Source: an uncultured Ruminococcus sp.
GTDB taxonomy: Bacteria > Bacillota > Clostridia > Oscillospirales > CAG-272
Direction: 5' to 3'
Assembly: GCA_964644445.1 (NCBI GenBank)
Contig: CAZXVF010000001.1
Location: 40,493 to 104,492 of the forward strand
Length of the DNA: 64,000 nt
Part shown: positions 18,180 through 28,030 of the stretch, in pieces
Position numbering within the stretch: the first letter of the stretch is position 1
Layout of the letters: each line of letters opens with the position of its first letter
Notes under the pieces: model-generated
What the model was told of the DNA's origin: nothing
The model's input: the letters and a program-made list of their open reading frames with translations, nothing else
Databases searched by the model: none
Translations under genes and position numbers: made by a program

Positions 18180-19361
18180 ATGAAGAAAATTCTGTTTACG
18201 TCGGAATCCGTTACGGAAGGACATCCTGACAAAATATGCGATAAAATATCCGATGCGATTTTGGATGAAATGATTGCTCAGGATCCGGAGAGCCGAGTTG
18301 CCTGTGAAACCTTTGCGACTACCGGTATTATAACGGTAATGGGCGAAATTACCACGAAAGCAAAGGTGGATATTCAAAAGATCGTCAGAGAGACGGTTTC
18401 GGAAATAGGATACGATAGAGCAAAGTACGGATTTGATGCACATACGTGTGCCGTGCTCAGCTCGATTCACGAGCAAAGTGCCGATATAGCACTTGGCGTT
18501 GATAAATGCCTTGAAGCTAAGGATGATGAAAAATACGATGAACTTAATACCGGCGCGGGAGATCAGGGACTCATGTTCGGATATGCTTGCGATGAAACGC
18601 CAGAGCTTATGCCTCTTCCGATTTCTCTTGCTCATAAGCTTGCATTAAAGCTTACCGAGGTTCGTAAAAACGGCAAGCTTTCCTACCTACGTCCGGACGG
18701 AAAAACTCAGGTAACCGTCGAATATGTTGATGGAAAGCCTAAAAGAGTCGATACTATAGTGGTTTCTTCACAGCATTCTGCGGAGGTGAATCTCGCAACC
18801 ATACGCCGTGATATAATCGATAAGGTTATTTTGCCTGTAATTCCGACTGAACTTATGGATGGCAAGGTTAATATTTACGTTAATCCTACCGGTAGATTCG
18901 TTATCGGCGGACCGCAAGGCGACACGGGACTCACCGGCAGAAAGATAATAGTCGATACCTACGGCGGTTATTCTCGCCACGGTGGCGGTGCATTTTCAGG
19001 CAAAGATCCCACGAAGGTTGACAGAAGCGCATCCTATGCCGCAAGATACGTTGCCAAAAATATTGTAAAGGCCGGGCTCGCAAGCAAATGTGAGGTTCAG
19101 CTTGCTTATGCAATCGGAGTTGCACGTCCCGTTTCCGTAATGATCGATACCTTCGGAACTGCAACGGTTGCCGAGGAGAAGATATCCGAAGCGGTAAATA
19201 AATTAGTGGATCTTCGTCCCGCCGCAATTATCAAGAAATTCGATCTTCGTAAGCCAATATATAAGCAGCTTGCAGCCTACGGCCATATGGGTAGAGAAGA
19301 CCTCGGTGTAAAATGGGAACTATGCGATATCGCAGATAAGCTTCGCGAAATGTGCATTTAA
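18180..19361 (+). CDS. metK: S-adenosylmethionine synthetase
   Basis: 393 aa. Canonical blocks are present: [28 protein letters not shown] and [17 protein letters not shown]. Confidence 0.95.
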   Translation: MKKILFTSESVTEGHPDKICDKISDAILDEMIAQDPESRVACETFATTGIITVMGEITTKAKVDIQKIVRETVSEIGYDRAKYGFDAHTCAVLSSIHEQSADIALGVDKCLEAKDDEKYDELNTGAGDQGLMFGYACDETPELMPLPISLAHKLALKLTEVRKNGKLSYLRPDGKTQVTVEYVDGKPKRVDTIVVSSQHSAEVNLATIRRDIIDKVILPVIPTELMDGKVNIYVNPTGRFVIGGPQGDTGLTGRKIIVDTYGGYSRHGGGAFSGKDPTKVDRSASYAARYVAKNIVKAGLASKCEVQLAYAIGVARPVSVMIDTFGTATVAEEKISEAVNKLVDLRPAAIIKKFDLRKPIYKQLAAYGHMGREDLGVKWELCDIADKLREMCI

Positions 19362-19450
19362 TTTTATAATGACGTATCATATAAACATGTTACATCAATG
19401 AACAACGTATAAATTAGCGTACTGATTAATAAACTTGTATATTACGCAGT

Positions 19451-19486
19451 GAGGCAGATGTTTTTCACATCTGCCTCATATTTTTG
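19451..19486 (+). terminator. Rho-independent terminator after metK
   Basis: GAGGCAGATGT pairs with ACATCTGCCTC in a perfect 11-bp stem, followed by ATATTTTTG. Confidence 0.8.
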
Positions 19487-19540
19487 CCTTGAATTTGATT
19501 TTTATCATGATGGAAGCACTGCATAAGAGCTAGCTGCCTA

Positions 19541-19568
19541 AAACAAAAAGCCTCACAAAAGTGAGGCT
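19541..19568 (-). terminator. Rho-independent terminator after the ispH-S1 gene
   Basis: On the minus strand: AGCCTCAC, TTTT loop, GTGAGGCT, followed by TTTTGTTT. Confidence 0.75.
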
Positions 19569-19585
19569 TAAAGCATAATAACCAA

Positions 19586-21637
19586 TTAAATCGATCCTAC
19601 GATATAGGGAGCCATATCAGCTCTTTCATGTGCGATTCTTTCAGCCTCGGCTGCCGCTTCTGCTTCTGCCGCTGCCTTTTCTGCAGCAGCCTTTTCAGCA
19701 GCTGCAGCCTTTTCAGCTGCTTCGGTGATCGCTCTGATAGAAAGTGAAAGCTTTCTGTTTTCATCATCGATTTCTACGATTTTTACGTCAACAACCTGTC
19801 CTACGGAGAGAACCTCTGCGGGGGAGTTGATTCTTTGAGTGGATATTCTGGAAATGTGAATAAGACCGTCAACGTCCTCGTACACCTCGGCAAATGCACC
19901 GAAAGGCATAATGGAAACAATCTTTGCGGGAACTATATCTCCGACGTTGAATTTCTGTGTGAATTGATACCAAGTATCCATTTCCTGAGTTTTATATCCG
20001 AGGGAAATGCGTCTGTTTTCTTCATCAAGCTCTTTGATGAATACGTCAATCTGCTGTCCTACGGAGAGGATCTGAGAAGGATGCTTGATTCTCTTCCAGG
20101 AAAGCTCCGTGTTGTGTACCATTCCGTCTACGCCGCCGATATCAACGAAAGCGCCGTAGGGAGCAAGGTTCTTTACGGTACCCATATAATGCTTGCCTAC
20201 CTCAAGTGTTGCCCAAATAGCATCTTCCTTGGCTTTCTTTTCCTCATTGAGAATAACCTTGATAGAACCAAGTGCTTTCTTTCTTGAAACGTCAAACTCG
20301 ATAAGTCTGACTCTCTGGGTTGTACCTACGAGAGCGGAAAGATCCGCGCCTCTTGCAAGGCCGGTTTGGGAAGCCGGTACGAATACCGTGTTAGCGCCTG
20401 TAGAAAGTATAACGCCACCCTTTACTGCCGAAACTATTTTACCCTCGAGAATTTCACCGTTTTCGTAGGCGTCTCTGAGTACTGTCCAGCTATTGTCCGC
20501 ATCTACTCTTTTTTTGGATACGGTTGCGAGGCCCTTACCGTCCTCGACTCTGATTACGAAGACGTCAACCTCATCACCGATCTTAAACATATCGGAGAGC
20601 TTAACAGCGGGATCGTCTGTGATCTGTTCTCTTGTAAGAACGCCGGTGAATTTAGCGCCAAGGTCAAGCTTGATTTCGTTTTCACTGATTGTGAATACGG
20701 TACCGGTAACTGTTTCTCCTGTATGTAAAGTTTTGAGTGAGCCTTCCAGCATTTGACTAAAGTTTTCCATAGTCTTTAAAACCTCCAATATTATACCGTC
20801 AGGTGTGGAAGCACCAGCGGTTATTCCTACGCTTTTCGCGTTGTCAGGAAAATCAGTTGTTAATCCTGCCGTTGATTCGATAAATTGTGAATTAGGACAT
20901 ATCGAGCTGCATATTTCATACAGTCTGTTCGAGTTCGCACTGTGCCGATCTCCTACAATTATCATCACATCGGACTTTTGTGCAATTTCAATTGCTTCGG
21001 TCTGACGATTTTCAGTGACATTACATATTGTATCAAAAAAAAACGCATTTGTACAGAGTTTTTTGAAATTTTTTTTAATTTTTTTAAATTCTGCTGAGTT
21101 TTGAGTGGTCTGCGAGCAAAAAACAACCCTTTTATGATTGAGATCGATCTTTGTCAATTCTTCAATTGATGAGATAACTACACAATCTCCGTTAGCATAC
21201 GATATATCAGCCTTGGTTTCCGCGTGGCTTATATCGCCGTAAATTACGAAAAGCGTATCCTCATCCGTTTCCGAGTTTGCGATTTCGTGTATTCGTTTGA
21301 CCGAGGGACAAGTGAGATCAACTATTCTTATATTTCCGTCGTTGCGTGAGTAAAGCGAAAGAGTGTCGTATTCGTCACGGGATATGCCGTGCGTTCGGAT
21401 AACGAAGGTTTTTCGCTTGTGATACGGATCGCCGACTATTCGACGTACATCGTCAAACGATATGATATCAGCCCCGAGATTTTCGAGTTCACGATTATAC
21501 GTACCGTTATGAATAAGCTTGCCAATTATATAGATTTTTTCGTCCTCGGCACGTGTGGACAGCAGCTTTCGCACGGCTGCATCCGCACGCTTAACTCCGG
21601 GGCAAAATCCTCCGTATTTAGAAAGGTTAATATCCAA
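19586..21637 (-). CDS. ispH: Bifunctional 4-hydroxy-3-methylbut-2-enyl diphosphate reductase (IspH/LytB) and ribosomal protein S1 fusion
   Basis: 683 aa. The N-terminal IspH part includes GFCPGVKRA. Four S1 (OB-fold) repeats follow (GTVxxIxxxGAFVDIGG-type), then an Ala/Glu/Lys-rich tail. This fusion architecture is common in Clostridia. Confidence 0.85.
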   Translation of the reverse strand: MDINLSKYGGFCPGVKRADAAVRKLLSTRAEDEKIYIIGKLIHNGTYNRELENLGADIISFDDVRRIVGDPYHKRKTFVIRTHGISRDEYDTLSLYSRNDGNIRIVDLTCPSVKRIHEIANSETDEDTLFVIYGDISHAETKADISYANGDCVVISSIEELTKIDLNHKRVVFCSQTTQNSAEFKKIKKNFKKLCTNAFFFDTICNVTENRQTEAIEIAQKSDVMIIVGDRHSANSNRLYEICSSICPNSQFIESTAGLTTDFPDNAKSVGITAGASTPDGIILEVLKTMENFSQMLEGSLKTLHTGETVTGTVFTISENEIKLDLGAKFTGVLTREQITDDPAVKLSDMFKIGDEVDVFVIRVEDGKGLATVSKKRVDADNSWTVLRDAYENGEILEGKIVSAVKGGVILSTGANTVFVPASQTGLARGADLSALVGTTQRVRLIEFDVSRKKALGSIKVILNEEKKAKEDAIWATLEVGKHYMGTVKNLAPYGAFVDIGGVDGMVHNTELSWKRIKHPSQILSVGQQIDVFIKELDEENRRISLGYKTQEMDTWYQFTQKFNVGDIVPAKIVSIMPFGAFAEVYEDVDGLIHISRISTQRINSPAEVLSVGQVVDVKIVEIDDENRKLSLSIRAITEAAEKAAAAEKAAAEKAAAEAEAAAEAERIAHERADMAPYIVGSI
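19640..19730 (-). repeat. Imperfect tandem repeat encoding the Ala/Glu/Lys-rich C-terminal tail of the IspH-S1 protein
   Basis: GCAGC(A/T)GCCTTTTC-type units recur. Translated, they give AAEKAAAAEKAAAEKAAAEAEAAAEAE. Confidence 0.6.
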
Positions 21638-21643
21638 GTTTTG

Positions 21644-22981
21644 TTACCTCTTATTGCGGTAATATTCGCTATGCTTGTCCTTTTTTGGATCATAGGAGGG
21701 AAGTGTTGAATAATTCGAAAGCTTGACAACCTCACCGAACATCATATTAGCAGCACGTTCATATTCCTCACGTCCGCCGGAAGTGAAATTGAATTCTTGA
21801 TTTTTTATTGCCTTGCCGAAAACGACAGTGATTTTTTTAAATAAACCGTACTTTCCGTGATTGACCTGTATGCATACGGGAATTACGTCGCAACCTGAGC
21901 GGTATGCAATGAGTCCCGCGCCGTGCTTAACCGGCGTTGTAGCGGGATTGATTCCAGGATATCTATGACCTTGAGGAAATATTGCGGCAGAGCCTCCGTC
22001 CGACGTTACCTTGATTGCAGCCTTAATAGCTCCTACGTCATTTCCTCCTCGGTCTATCTTAATGGCTCCGAGTGCGGTTATAATTTTGTTTAGTAGCGGT
22101 ATGGAGAAGAGCTCCTTTTTGGCAATAAACGATATTTGACGCTTGGTGCATGCTGCTATTGAAATGAAATCAAGAGCACTGATGTGATTTGAGCAAAACA
22201 GAACTCCGCCGTTTTCGGGTATGTTTTCAACGCCTACTGCGTTTATTCTCATAAGAAATTTTAACACGGGAGACAGGATCTTGTAGGCATTAGCGTAGAA
22301 TTTGTTTTCCCGAGGTTTAGTTTGAATGCTCTTAATAATTTTAACTACTGCAGCAGCTGTTTCTTCCGGCTCAAAATTAGAATTGTCAAGTATGATAGCA
22401 TCCTTCGCCGGAACGCACGGAGAAATGTTCCTCGTTGAATCGTTATTATCTCTTTCAACCAACTCACGGTATACCTGCTCGTATTCGACGGTCGCTCCTC
22501 GCGATATCAATTCCTCGTATCTTCTTTTAGCTCTTGCTTCCGGGGATGCCGTGAGAAAGACCTTTACTTCGGCGTCGGGAAGAATTACCGTGCCTATGTC
22601 TCTTCCGTCCATAATAACGCTATTGTTTTTTGCTATGCTTCTTTGAGTATCGAGAAGATATTCTCTGACTGCGGGTATTGCGCTGACGAGGGATGCCGCC
22701 ATTGACACTTCGGGGGTTCTTATGCTGTCTCCAACGTCATTTCCGTTAAGTAAAATTACTTGCTTTCCGTCCTTGAATTCGAGATTTAATGTGAAGTCTC
22801 CAAGGTGGTTTGCAACGTCCTCATGGTTTTTTAAGTCCACACCGCTTTCTATCATAAACATTCCGATGGTACGGTATAATGCACCAGTGTCGACATAGAT
22901 GATCTTCAGTTCTGAGGCCACTGCCTTCGCTACGCTGGATTTACCCGCTCCGCTTGGGCCGTCTATTGCTATTCTAATCAT
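21644..22981 (-). CDS. cmk: Fusion of cytidylate kinase (Cmk) and 1-acyl-sn-glycerol-3-phosphate acyltransferase (PlsC-like)
   Basis: 445 aa. The N-terminal half is IAIDGPSGAGKSSVAKAVA...DGRDIGTVILPDA (Cmk). The C-terminal half carries the LPLAT motif I NHISALD and FPQGHR. It is one uninterrupted ORF. Confidence 0.8.
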   Translation of the reverse strand: MIRIAIDGPSGAGKSSVAKAVASELKIIYVDTGALYRTIGMFMIESGVDLKNHEDVANHLGDFTLNLEFKDGKQVILLNGNDVGDSIRTPEVSMAASLVSAIPAVREYLLDTQRSIAKNNSVIMDGRDIGTVILPDAEVKVFLTASPEARAKRRYEELISRGATVEYEQVYRELVERDNNDSTRNISPCVPAKDAIILDNSNFEPEETAAAVVKIIKSIQTKPRENKFYANAYKILSPVLKFLMRINAVGVENIPENGGVLFCSNHISALDFISIAACTKRQISFIAKKELFSIPLLNKIITALGAIKIDRGGNDVGAIKAAIKVTSDGGSAAIFPQGHRYPGINPATTPVKHGAGLIAYRSGCDVIPVCIQVNHGKYGLFKKITVVFGKAIKNQEFNFTSGGREEYERAANMMFGEVVKLSNYSTLPSYDPKKDKHSEYYRNKR

Positions 22982-22996
22982 ATTTATCTCCGTTAT

Positions 22997-24235
22997 TTAA
23001 TTTTCTGCTGCGCTTTTTCCTGCCAAATATCCGGTAGAGAAGGCAATCTGGAGATTGAATCCTCCCGTATATGCGTCGACGTCGATTATCTCTCCGGCGA
23101 AATACAATCCCGGCACAAGCTTTGATTCCATGGTTTTTGGATTAATTTCCTTGGTTTCTATTCCGCCGGACGTAACAATGGCTTCTTCAATTGGTCGAAA
23201 GCGCAAGAGTCCGATTCTGAAATCCTTGAGCCAAGTAAGTATCTTAAAACGCTCCTCTTTAGTTATCGAATTAATCTTTTTCCGTTCGTCTATGCCGGTG
23301 CAATCAATGAACGGTTTTATCATTTTTGAAGGAAGAAGGCTCGATAAGGCGTTGACGAGATCCTTGTTGCTGTTTTCCTTGAAGTCGGATATCAGCCTTT
23401 GATCGAGAGTTTTTTCGTCGAGTGCCGGTTTCAAATCGATGGAAAGAGTCAGCTCCGAAATATCAAACGTGCGCAGATGAGCCGATGCCGATAATATAAT
23501 CGGTCCCGTAACGCCGAAATGAGTGAACATCATTTCTCCGAAATCCGTATAAACCGTTTTTTCGTTTTTATCCAATATCTTGACGGATACGTTTTTGAGA
23601 GACAGTCCTTGCATTCTTTCGCATAAATCCGAACGCGATTCCAGCGGTATTAGCGAAGGTGTGATAGTCGTTATTTCGTGTCCGAGCTTTGATGCCAACT
23701 TATATCCCGATCCGTCCGATCCGGTCAGTGGATACGACATTCCCCCCGTAGCGATAATAACCTTGTCGAAATCGTATATGTCGTTTTTGCAAATTACCGT
23801 AAAACGTCCGTCGTCAATTTTTATTTCGTTGACTTTCCGGTGTATTACCTTTGCATTTGCAGAATAGCGACGCATTGCATCGACGACGTCTTTTGCACGG
23901 TCGGTTTCGGGATAAACTCTTTTTCCGCGTTCGGTTTTCAGCTTGACTCCCAAGGACTCAAAGTGATTAACGGTATCCTCCGGCGTAAAAGAATTTATCG
24001 CTCCGTAAAGGAATCGCGGATTTTTCGTCACGTTTTCCAGAAATTCGTTACAGCTGCAAGCATTTGTTACGTTACATCGCCCTTTTCCGGTGATTCCCAG
24101 CTTTTTGCCTAAATACGGCATGCTTTCGAATATCGTTACGTCTGCGCCGTATAACGAAGCGGTTCCCGCGGCCATCATTCCGGCGGCACCGCCTCCGATT
24201 ACGCAAATTTTATTAGTTTCCATTTTTTGTTCCAA
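22997..24235 (-). CDS. HI0933/BaiN-family NAD(P)/FAD-dependent flavoprotein
   Basis: 412 aa. The N-terminal dinucleotide fold is ICVIGGGAAGMMAAG. The C-terminal AGEIIDVDAYTGGFNLQIAFSTG is typical of this family. Confidence 0.75.
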   Translation of the reverse strand: MEQKMETNKICVIGGGAAGMMAAGTASLYGADVTIFESMPYLGKKLGITGKGRCNVTNACSCNEFLENVTKNPRFLYGAINSFTPEDTVNHFESLGVKLKTERGKRVYPETDRAKDVVDAMRRYSANAKVIHRKVNEIKIDDGRFTVICKNDIYDFDKVIIATGGMSYPLTGSDGSGYKLASKLGHEITTITPSLIPLESRSDLCERMQGLSLKNVSVKILDKNEKTVYTDFGEMMFTHFGVTGPIILSASAHLRTFDISELTLSIDLKPALDEKTLDQRLISDFKENSNKDLVNALSSLLPSKMIKPFIDCTGIDERKKINSITKEERFKILTWLKDFRIGLLRFRPIEEAIVTSGGIETKEINPKTMESKLVPGLYFAGEIIDVDAYTGGFNLQIAFSTGYLAGKSAAEN

Positions 24236-24238
24236 ATC

Positions 24239-25099
24239 TTATTTTGTCGTTGGATATGCACCGTATTCACGCCAGATTTTTTCGATATCCGTGAACTTGG
24301 ATAATAATTGCTTTTCTCTTTCGAAAGATACTTGCACAACTATCGCGTTAATTATGCTAAGTGACGCTACCATAGAATCGGTGAATTGTCCCATATCGGT
24401 TTCCGTAATGATCGTGTTATCGGCGTATTCTATTAGCGGTGAGCTTGCAGAATCGGTAATTGCCAGAATATTCGTTTGCTTTTTCTTGCAATATTTTGCT
24501 CCCGTCAGAATCTCGTTTGAGTATTTCGGGAAGTAAATGGCTATAAAAACGTCCTTGCTTCCGATAGAATAGATATCCTTGAGCAACTCTGCGGAGGATG
24601 AAAGCTTTAAGGGAACGACGTTGTCGAGCAGCAGTGAAAGATTGTAGGTAAGTATTTGAGCAATACCCTCGGCGCTTTTGGATCCGATTACGAACACTCT
24701 CTTTGCCGTGAGTATAGAGTAGACGAAGCTTTTAAAGTCGTTTCGGCTTAATCTCTTTTCAACGTTTTGCAGCTTTTTGATATCCGATTCAAGCACGTTT
24801 TTCAGTATATCACCTCTTGCAAATTGCTTTTTTGCCAGATCAATATGCTGCTTAAACCTTATATCGACCTTCACCATATCCCTTATTGCAGTTTGAAATT
24901 CCGAATACTTATCATAGCCCAACACTGCGACGAATCGCATGACCGTCGATGAGGAAACTCCCGCCTCACGTGCCAAAGCAAGCGCGGATACGTTGAACAA
25001 TCTGTCGTGATCACGCAATATCAGTGCCGCGATTCTTTTGTGACCTTTTGAAAGCTTGGGATACAAATGCTTTATCCTCTGTGTGATATCTTTTGCCAT
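24239..25099 (-). CDS. MurR/RpiR family transcriptional regulator (HTH plus SIS domain)
   Basis: 286 aa. The N-terminal HTH_6-like part is LSKGHKRIAALILRDHD...ALAREAGVSSSTVMRFV. A SIS-like C-terminal half follows. Confidence 0.8.
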   Translation of the reverse strand: MAKDITQRIKHLYPKLSKGHKRIAALILRDHDRLFNVSALALAREAGVSSSTVMRFVAVLGYDKYSEFQTAIRDMVKVDIRFKQHIDLAKKQFARGDILKNVLESDIKKLQNVEKRLSRNDFKSFVYSILTAKRVFVIGSKSAEGIAQILTYNLSLLLDNVVPLKLSSSAELLKDIYSIGSKDVFIAIYFPKYSNEILTGAKYCKKKQTNILAITDSASSPLIEYADNTIITETDMGQFTDSMVASLSIINAIVVQVSFEREKQLLSKFTDIEKIWREYGAYPTTK

Positions 25100-25219
25100 A
25101 AAAAAGCTCCGTTGATATTTTTAAAACACGCTAATTTATCATAACATAAATCGGGATGTATTTCAAGACCTTTTCGGTAAAATAACGAATAATTTTGACA
25201 AAAAAACTCTAATTGACCA

Positions 25220-25248
25220 TTGCAATTTAAGAAAATATATGTTATACT
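25220..25248 (+). promoter_or_regulatory. Sigma-A type promoter for cdaA
   Basis: TTGCAA (25220..25225), 17 nt, TATACT (25243..25248). Confidence 0.45.
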
Positions 25249-25302
25249 ATAATAGTTAAAATATTTGTTCACAAACGGCCCGTAGGTCAGTGAGGTATAT
25301 AT

Positions 25303-26160
25303 ATGAACTGGATGTTGAACGTTGCAAAGGATAATATAGCCGCGATCTTAGATGATTTTGTCAATGTCGCAAAGGCTGCATTCTCTGATTTTTCTTTATA
25401 CGATGCAATCGATATTTTATTGCTTACCGCATTTTTCTTTTTCGTTTTCAAGTTTATGAAGGGAAAAAAACTCGGCTCTCTTATAGTCGGAGTGCTTATA
25501 TGCTTTATTGCTTACGCCGTAGCCTCCGTTTTCTCTCTTTCGGGTATTAAGTTTATCCTGTCGGGAATCTTTCAGATAGGAATGCTTGCATTTATTATAT
25601 TGTTCCAGCCGGAGATCCGCGACGTATTGGAAAGACTGGGATCCAAGTCAATAGTCAGATTGTTCAGTATAGGCGATTCCGGCAAACGGGAAAATCTGAA
25701 TTATCAGGTTATCGATAATATCTGCTCTGCGGTAAGAGAGCTTTCCTCTACGAAGACCGGAGCGCTGATCGTTATAGAGAGAACCACGCAGCTTGACGAG
25801 GTTACGAGGACGGGCGTTGCGATTAACGCCGACGTTAATTCCTATTTGCTTCGTAATCTGTTTTACGATAAAGCACCGCTTCACGACGGCGCGGTAGTTA
25901 TTGACGAGGGGAAAATTTCATCTGCCGGATGCATCCTTCCTCTTACCCGCAGGAGCGATTTTGAGGGGGATTTGGGAACACGGCATAAAGCGGCAATAGG
26001 TCTCAGTGAGATTTGCGATGCCATAATCATAGTAGTTTCCGAAGAAACGGGAATTATCTCAGTGGCTATGGATTATACCCTGACACGAAATTACACGGCA
26101 GATACACTTCGCAAATTTTTGCTCAAGAACATGATGCATGATTCGGAAGCGGAAAATTGA
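25303..26160 (+). CDS. cdaA: Diadenylate cyclase CdaA (membrane-anchored DAC domain)
   Basis: 285 aa. Three N-terminal TM helices precede DAC motifs TGALIVIER, LHDGAVVI and GTRHKAAIGLSE. Confidence 0.85.
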   Translation: MNWMLNVAKDNIAAILDDFVNVAKAAFSDFSLYDAIDILLLTAFFFFVFKFMKGKKLGSLIVGVLICFIAYAVASVFSLSGIKFILSGIFQIGMLAFIILFQPEIRDVLERLGSKSIVRLFSIGDSGKRENLNYQVIDNICSAVRELSSTKTGALIVIERTTQLDEVTRTGVAINADVNSYLLRNLFYDKAPLHDGAVVIDEGKISSAGCILPLTRRSDFEGDLGTRHKAAIGLSEICDAIIIVVSEETGIISVAMDYTLTRNYTADTLRKFLLKNMMHDSEAEN

Positions 26161-26177
26161 ATGTGACGGAGGAGTCT

Positions 26178-26336
26178 ATGAACAAAAAAATATTCGGAAT
26201 AAGAATTGGTACGATAATTTCGGTATTTGCGTCATTTATTGTAGCGATCGTATTTTGGCTTTTTGTCAAGTACGCAGAGTCCGATGCCGACTTGGCGCTC
26301 AGCGCATTTAGAGCGGCAGATTGGTTGAGCGTATGA
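26178..26336 (+). CDS. 52-aa single-pass membrane mini-protein in the cdaR (ybbR) position
   Basis: Below the ORF-track size cutoff. The ATG at 26178 follows a GGAGG RBS. The product is MNKKIFGIRIGTIISVFASFIVAIVFWLFVKYAESDADLALSAFRAADWLSV. It resembles only the N-terminal TM anchor of YbbR/CdaR proteins. The stop overlaps the next ATG as ATGA. Confidence 0.4.
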   Translation: MNKKIFGIRIGTIISVFASFIVAIVFWLFVKYAESDADLALSAFRAADWLSV

Positions 26337-27958
26337 AACAAGCGGATTGTACTATCGTTTTCAATAATATAAAATTACCGTTTGACGCCTCTTCGGAAGA
26401 GGCGTTTTCGGTTGCAAGGCAAAGGCTTGCCAAAATCCTTGCGCCGGTTAAGCAGTGCGAAGCGTTTATTTATAAGCGGAGCATCGATGCACGCAATAAG
26501 GATAATATATTCTTCGTTTATTCAATAGGCGTCCGTTGCTACGATTTCGTTCCAGATGAAAAGCGAATGGCTGCGGCGGGAGGCTCGATGATTGTAAAGC
26601 AAACTCCGTCGTTTGAGTACGGTACGAACCGTTTGGATGCACCTCCGGTCGTAATAGGCTCGGGGCCTGCCGGTATGTTTGCCGCGCTTCTTCTTGCAGA
26701 GCACGGATATAATCCAGTCGTGATCGAGCGCGGAGAAAGCGTAACGGCAAGAAAAGCGTCCGTGGATCGTTTTAATGAGCTTCACGAATTAAACGTCAAT
26801 TCAAACATACAGTTCGGTGCAGGCGGAGCCGGAACCTTTTCGGACGGCAAGCTGGTTACCAGAACGAATGACCCTTTGTGCTCTTACGTGCTTGACAGAT
26901 TGGTTGAGTTCGGCGCCGAGGAGAATATTAAATATATCGCAAGGCCGCATATCGGCACAGACGTTTTGTCGGTGGTGGTCGATAATATTCTATCGCGAAT
27001 ATGTCAGCTCGGCGGCAAGATCCTTTATAATACGACTTTTTTGAATTACGAGTGCAGCGGAGGGAATATTTCCGCAGTAGTTACCGATAAGGGCGTGATT
27101 CAGGCAGGTGCCGTAATTATGGCAATCGGGCACAGTGCGAGAGATACTTATCGTACGTTAATAAGCAACGGAATGAGTATTGAACCCAAGGATTTTTCCG
27201 TAGGAATGCGAATCGAGCATTTAGCCGACCGTATAGACGAGTCAATGTATGGAAAATATGCAGGTCATCCGCTTCTCGGTCATGCAGAGTATAACCTTTC
27301 ATATAACACAAAGCAGCGTGGTGTGTATACGTTTTGTATGTGCCCCGGCGGAGAAGTGGTCGCCGCTACGAGCGAAAAAAACGGAACCGTAGTTAACGGA
27401 ATGAGCTACAGCAAACGCGACGGTAAAAATTCAAACTGTGCCGTTGCATGCAGCGTTTTTAAGAGCGATTATGGAAACACAGCAGAGCGCGCAATAGATT
27501 TCCAAAGACGGATAGAATTGAGCGCGTACAGAGCCGCTGGCGGCGATTATAAAGCACCTATAATTACCGTGGGAGACTTTTTGGCGGGAAAATGTCAGGC
27601 AGAACCGACTGACGTGATTCCGACGTATATGAACGGAAATAATATTTCTTTAGTGTCTCCCGAATCTTATTTGCCGAGAGTAATATCGGAATCGATAAAA
27701 AACGCACTTTTGGATTTTGATAGGAAAATAGCAGGATTTGCCTGTAAAAGCGCGGTTTTGACCGGAGCGGAAACACGAACGAGTTCTCCGGTAAGAATAT
27801 TAAGAAACAATGATACGAAGCTTGCCATCGGATACAAAAATCTTTATCCGTCAGGCGAAGGAGCCGGTTATGCCGGCGGAATTACGAGCGCCGCAATAGA
27901 CGGATTAAAATGCGCCGCGGCTCTCATGTCAAATTACAGTAACAAAATTCGCAGGTGA
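26333..27958 (+). CDS. FAD-dependent oxidoreductase (uncharacterised COG2509-like dehydrogenase family)
   Basis: About 541 aa. The dinucleotide-binding motif is VVIGSGPAGMFAALLLAEHG, and the C-terminal part has YPSGEGAGYAGGITSAA. I prefer the ATG at 26333 (MKQADCTIVF), which overlaps the upstream stop, over the track start at 26321. Confidence 0.7.
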   Translation: MKQADCTIVFNNIKLPFDASSEEAFSVARQRLAKILAPVKQCEAFIYKRSIDARNKDNIFFVYSIGVRCYDFVPDEKRMAAAGGSMIVKQTPSFEYGTNRLDAPPVVIGSGPAGMFAALLLAEHGYNPVVIERGESVTARKASVDRFNELHELNVNSNIQFGAGGAGTFSDGKLVTRTNDPLCSYVLDRLVEFGAEENIKYIARPHIGTDVLSVVVDNILSRICQLGGKILYNTTFLNYECSGGNISAVVTDKGVIQAGAVIMAIGHSARDTYRTLISNGMSIEPKDFSVGMRIEHLADRIDESMYGKYAGHPLLGHAEYNLSYNTKQRGVYTFCMCPGGEVVAATSEKNGTVVNGMSYSKRDGKNSNCAVACSVFKSDYGNTAERAIDFQRRIELSAYRAAGGDYKAPIITVGDFLAGKCQAEPTDVIPTYMNGNNISLVSPESYLPRVISESIKNALLDFDRKIAGFACKSAVLTGAETRTSSPVRILRNNDTKLAIGYKNLYPSGEGAGYAGGITSAAIDGLKCAAALMSNYSNKIRR

Positions 27959-28030
27959 AATTCAGACTGCGCCTAAGGTCGTATATTAAAATGGAAGGGG
28001 GACGCGTGTCCCGCTACGGTTTATTAAATA

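Noticed and set aside
18093-18635. 180-aa minus-strand ORF
   Set aside because: It is antisense to the metK 5' region and the SAM-I riboswitch. It has no RBS, and its composition is typical of shadow ORFs.
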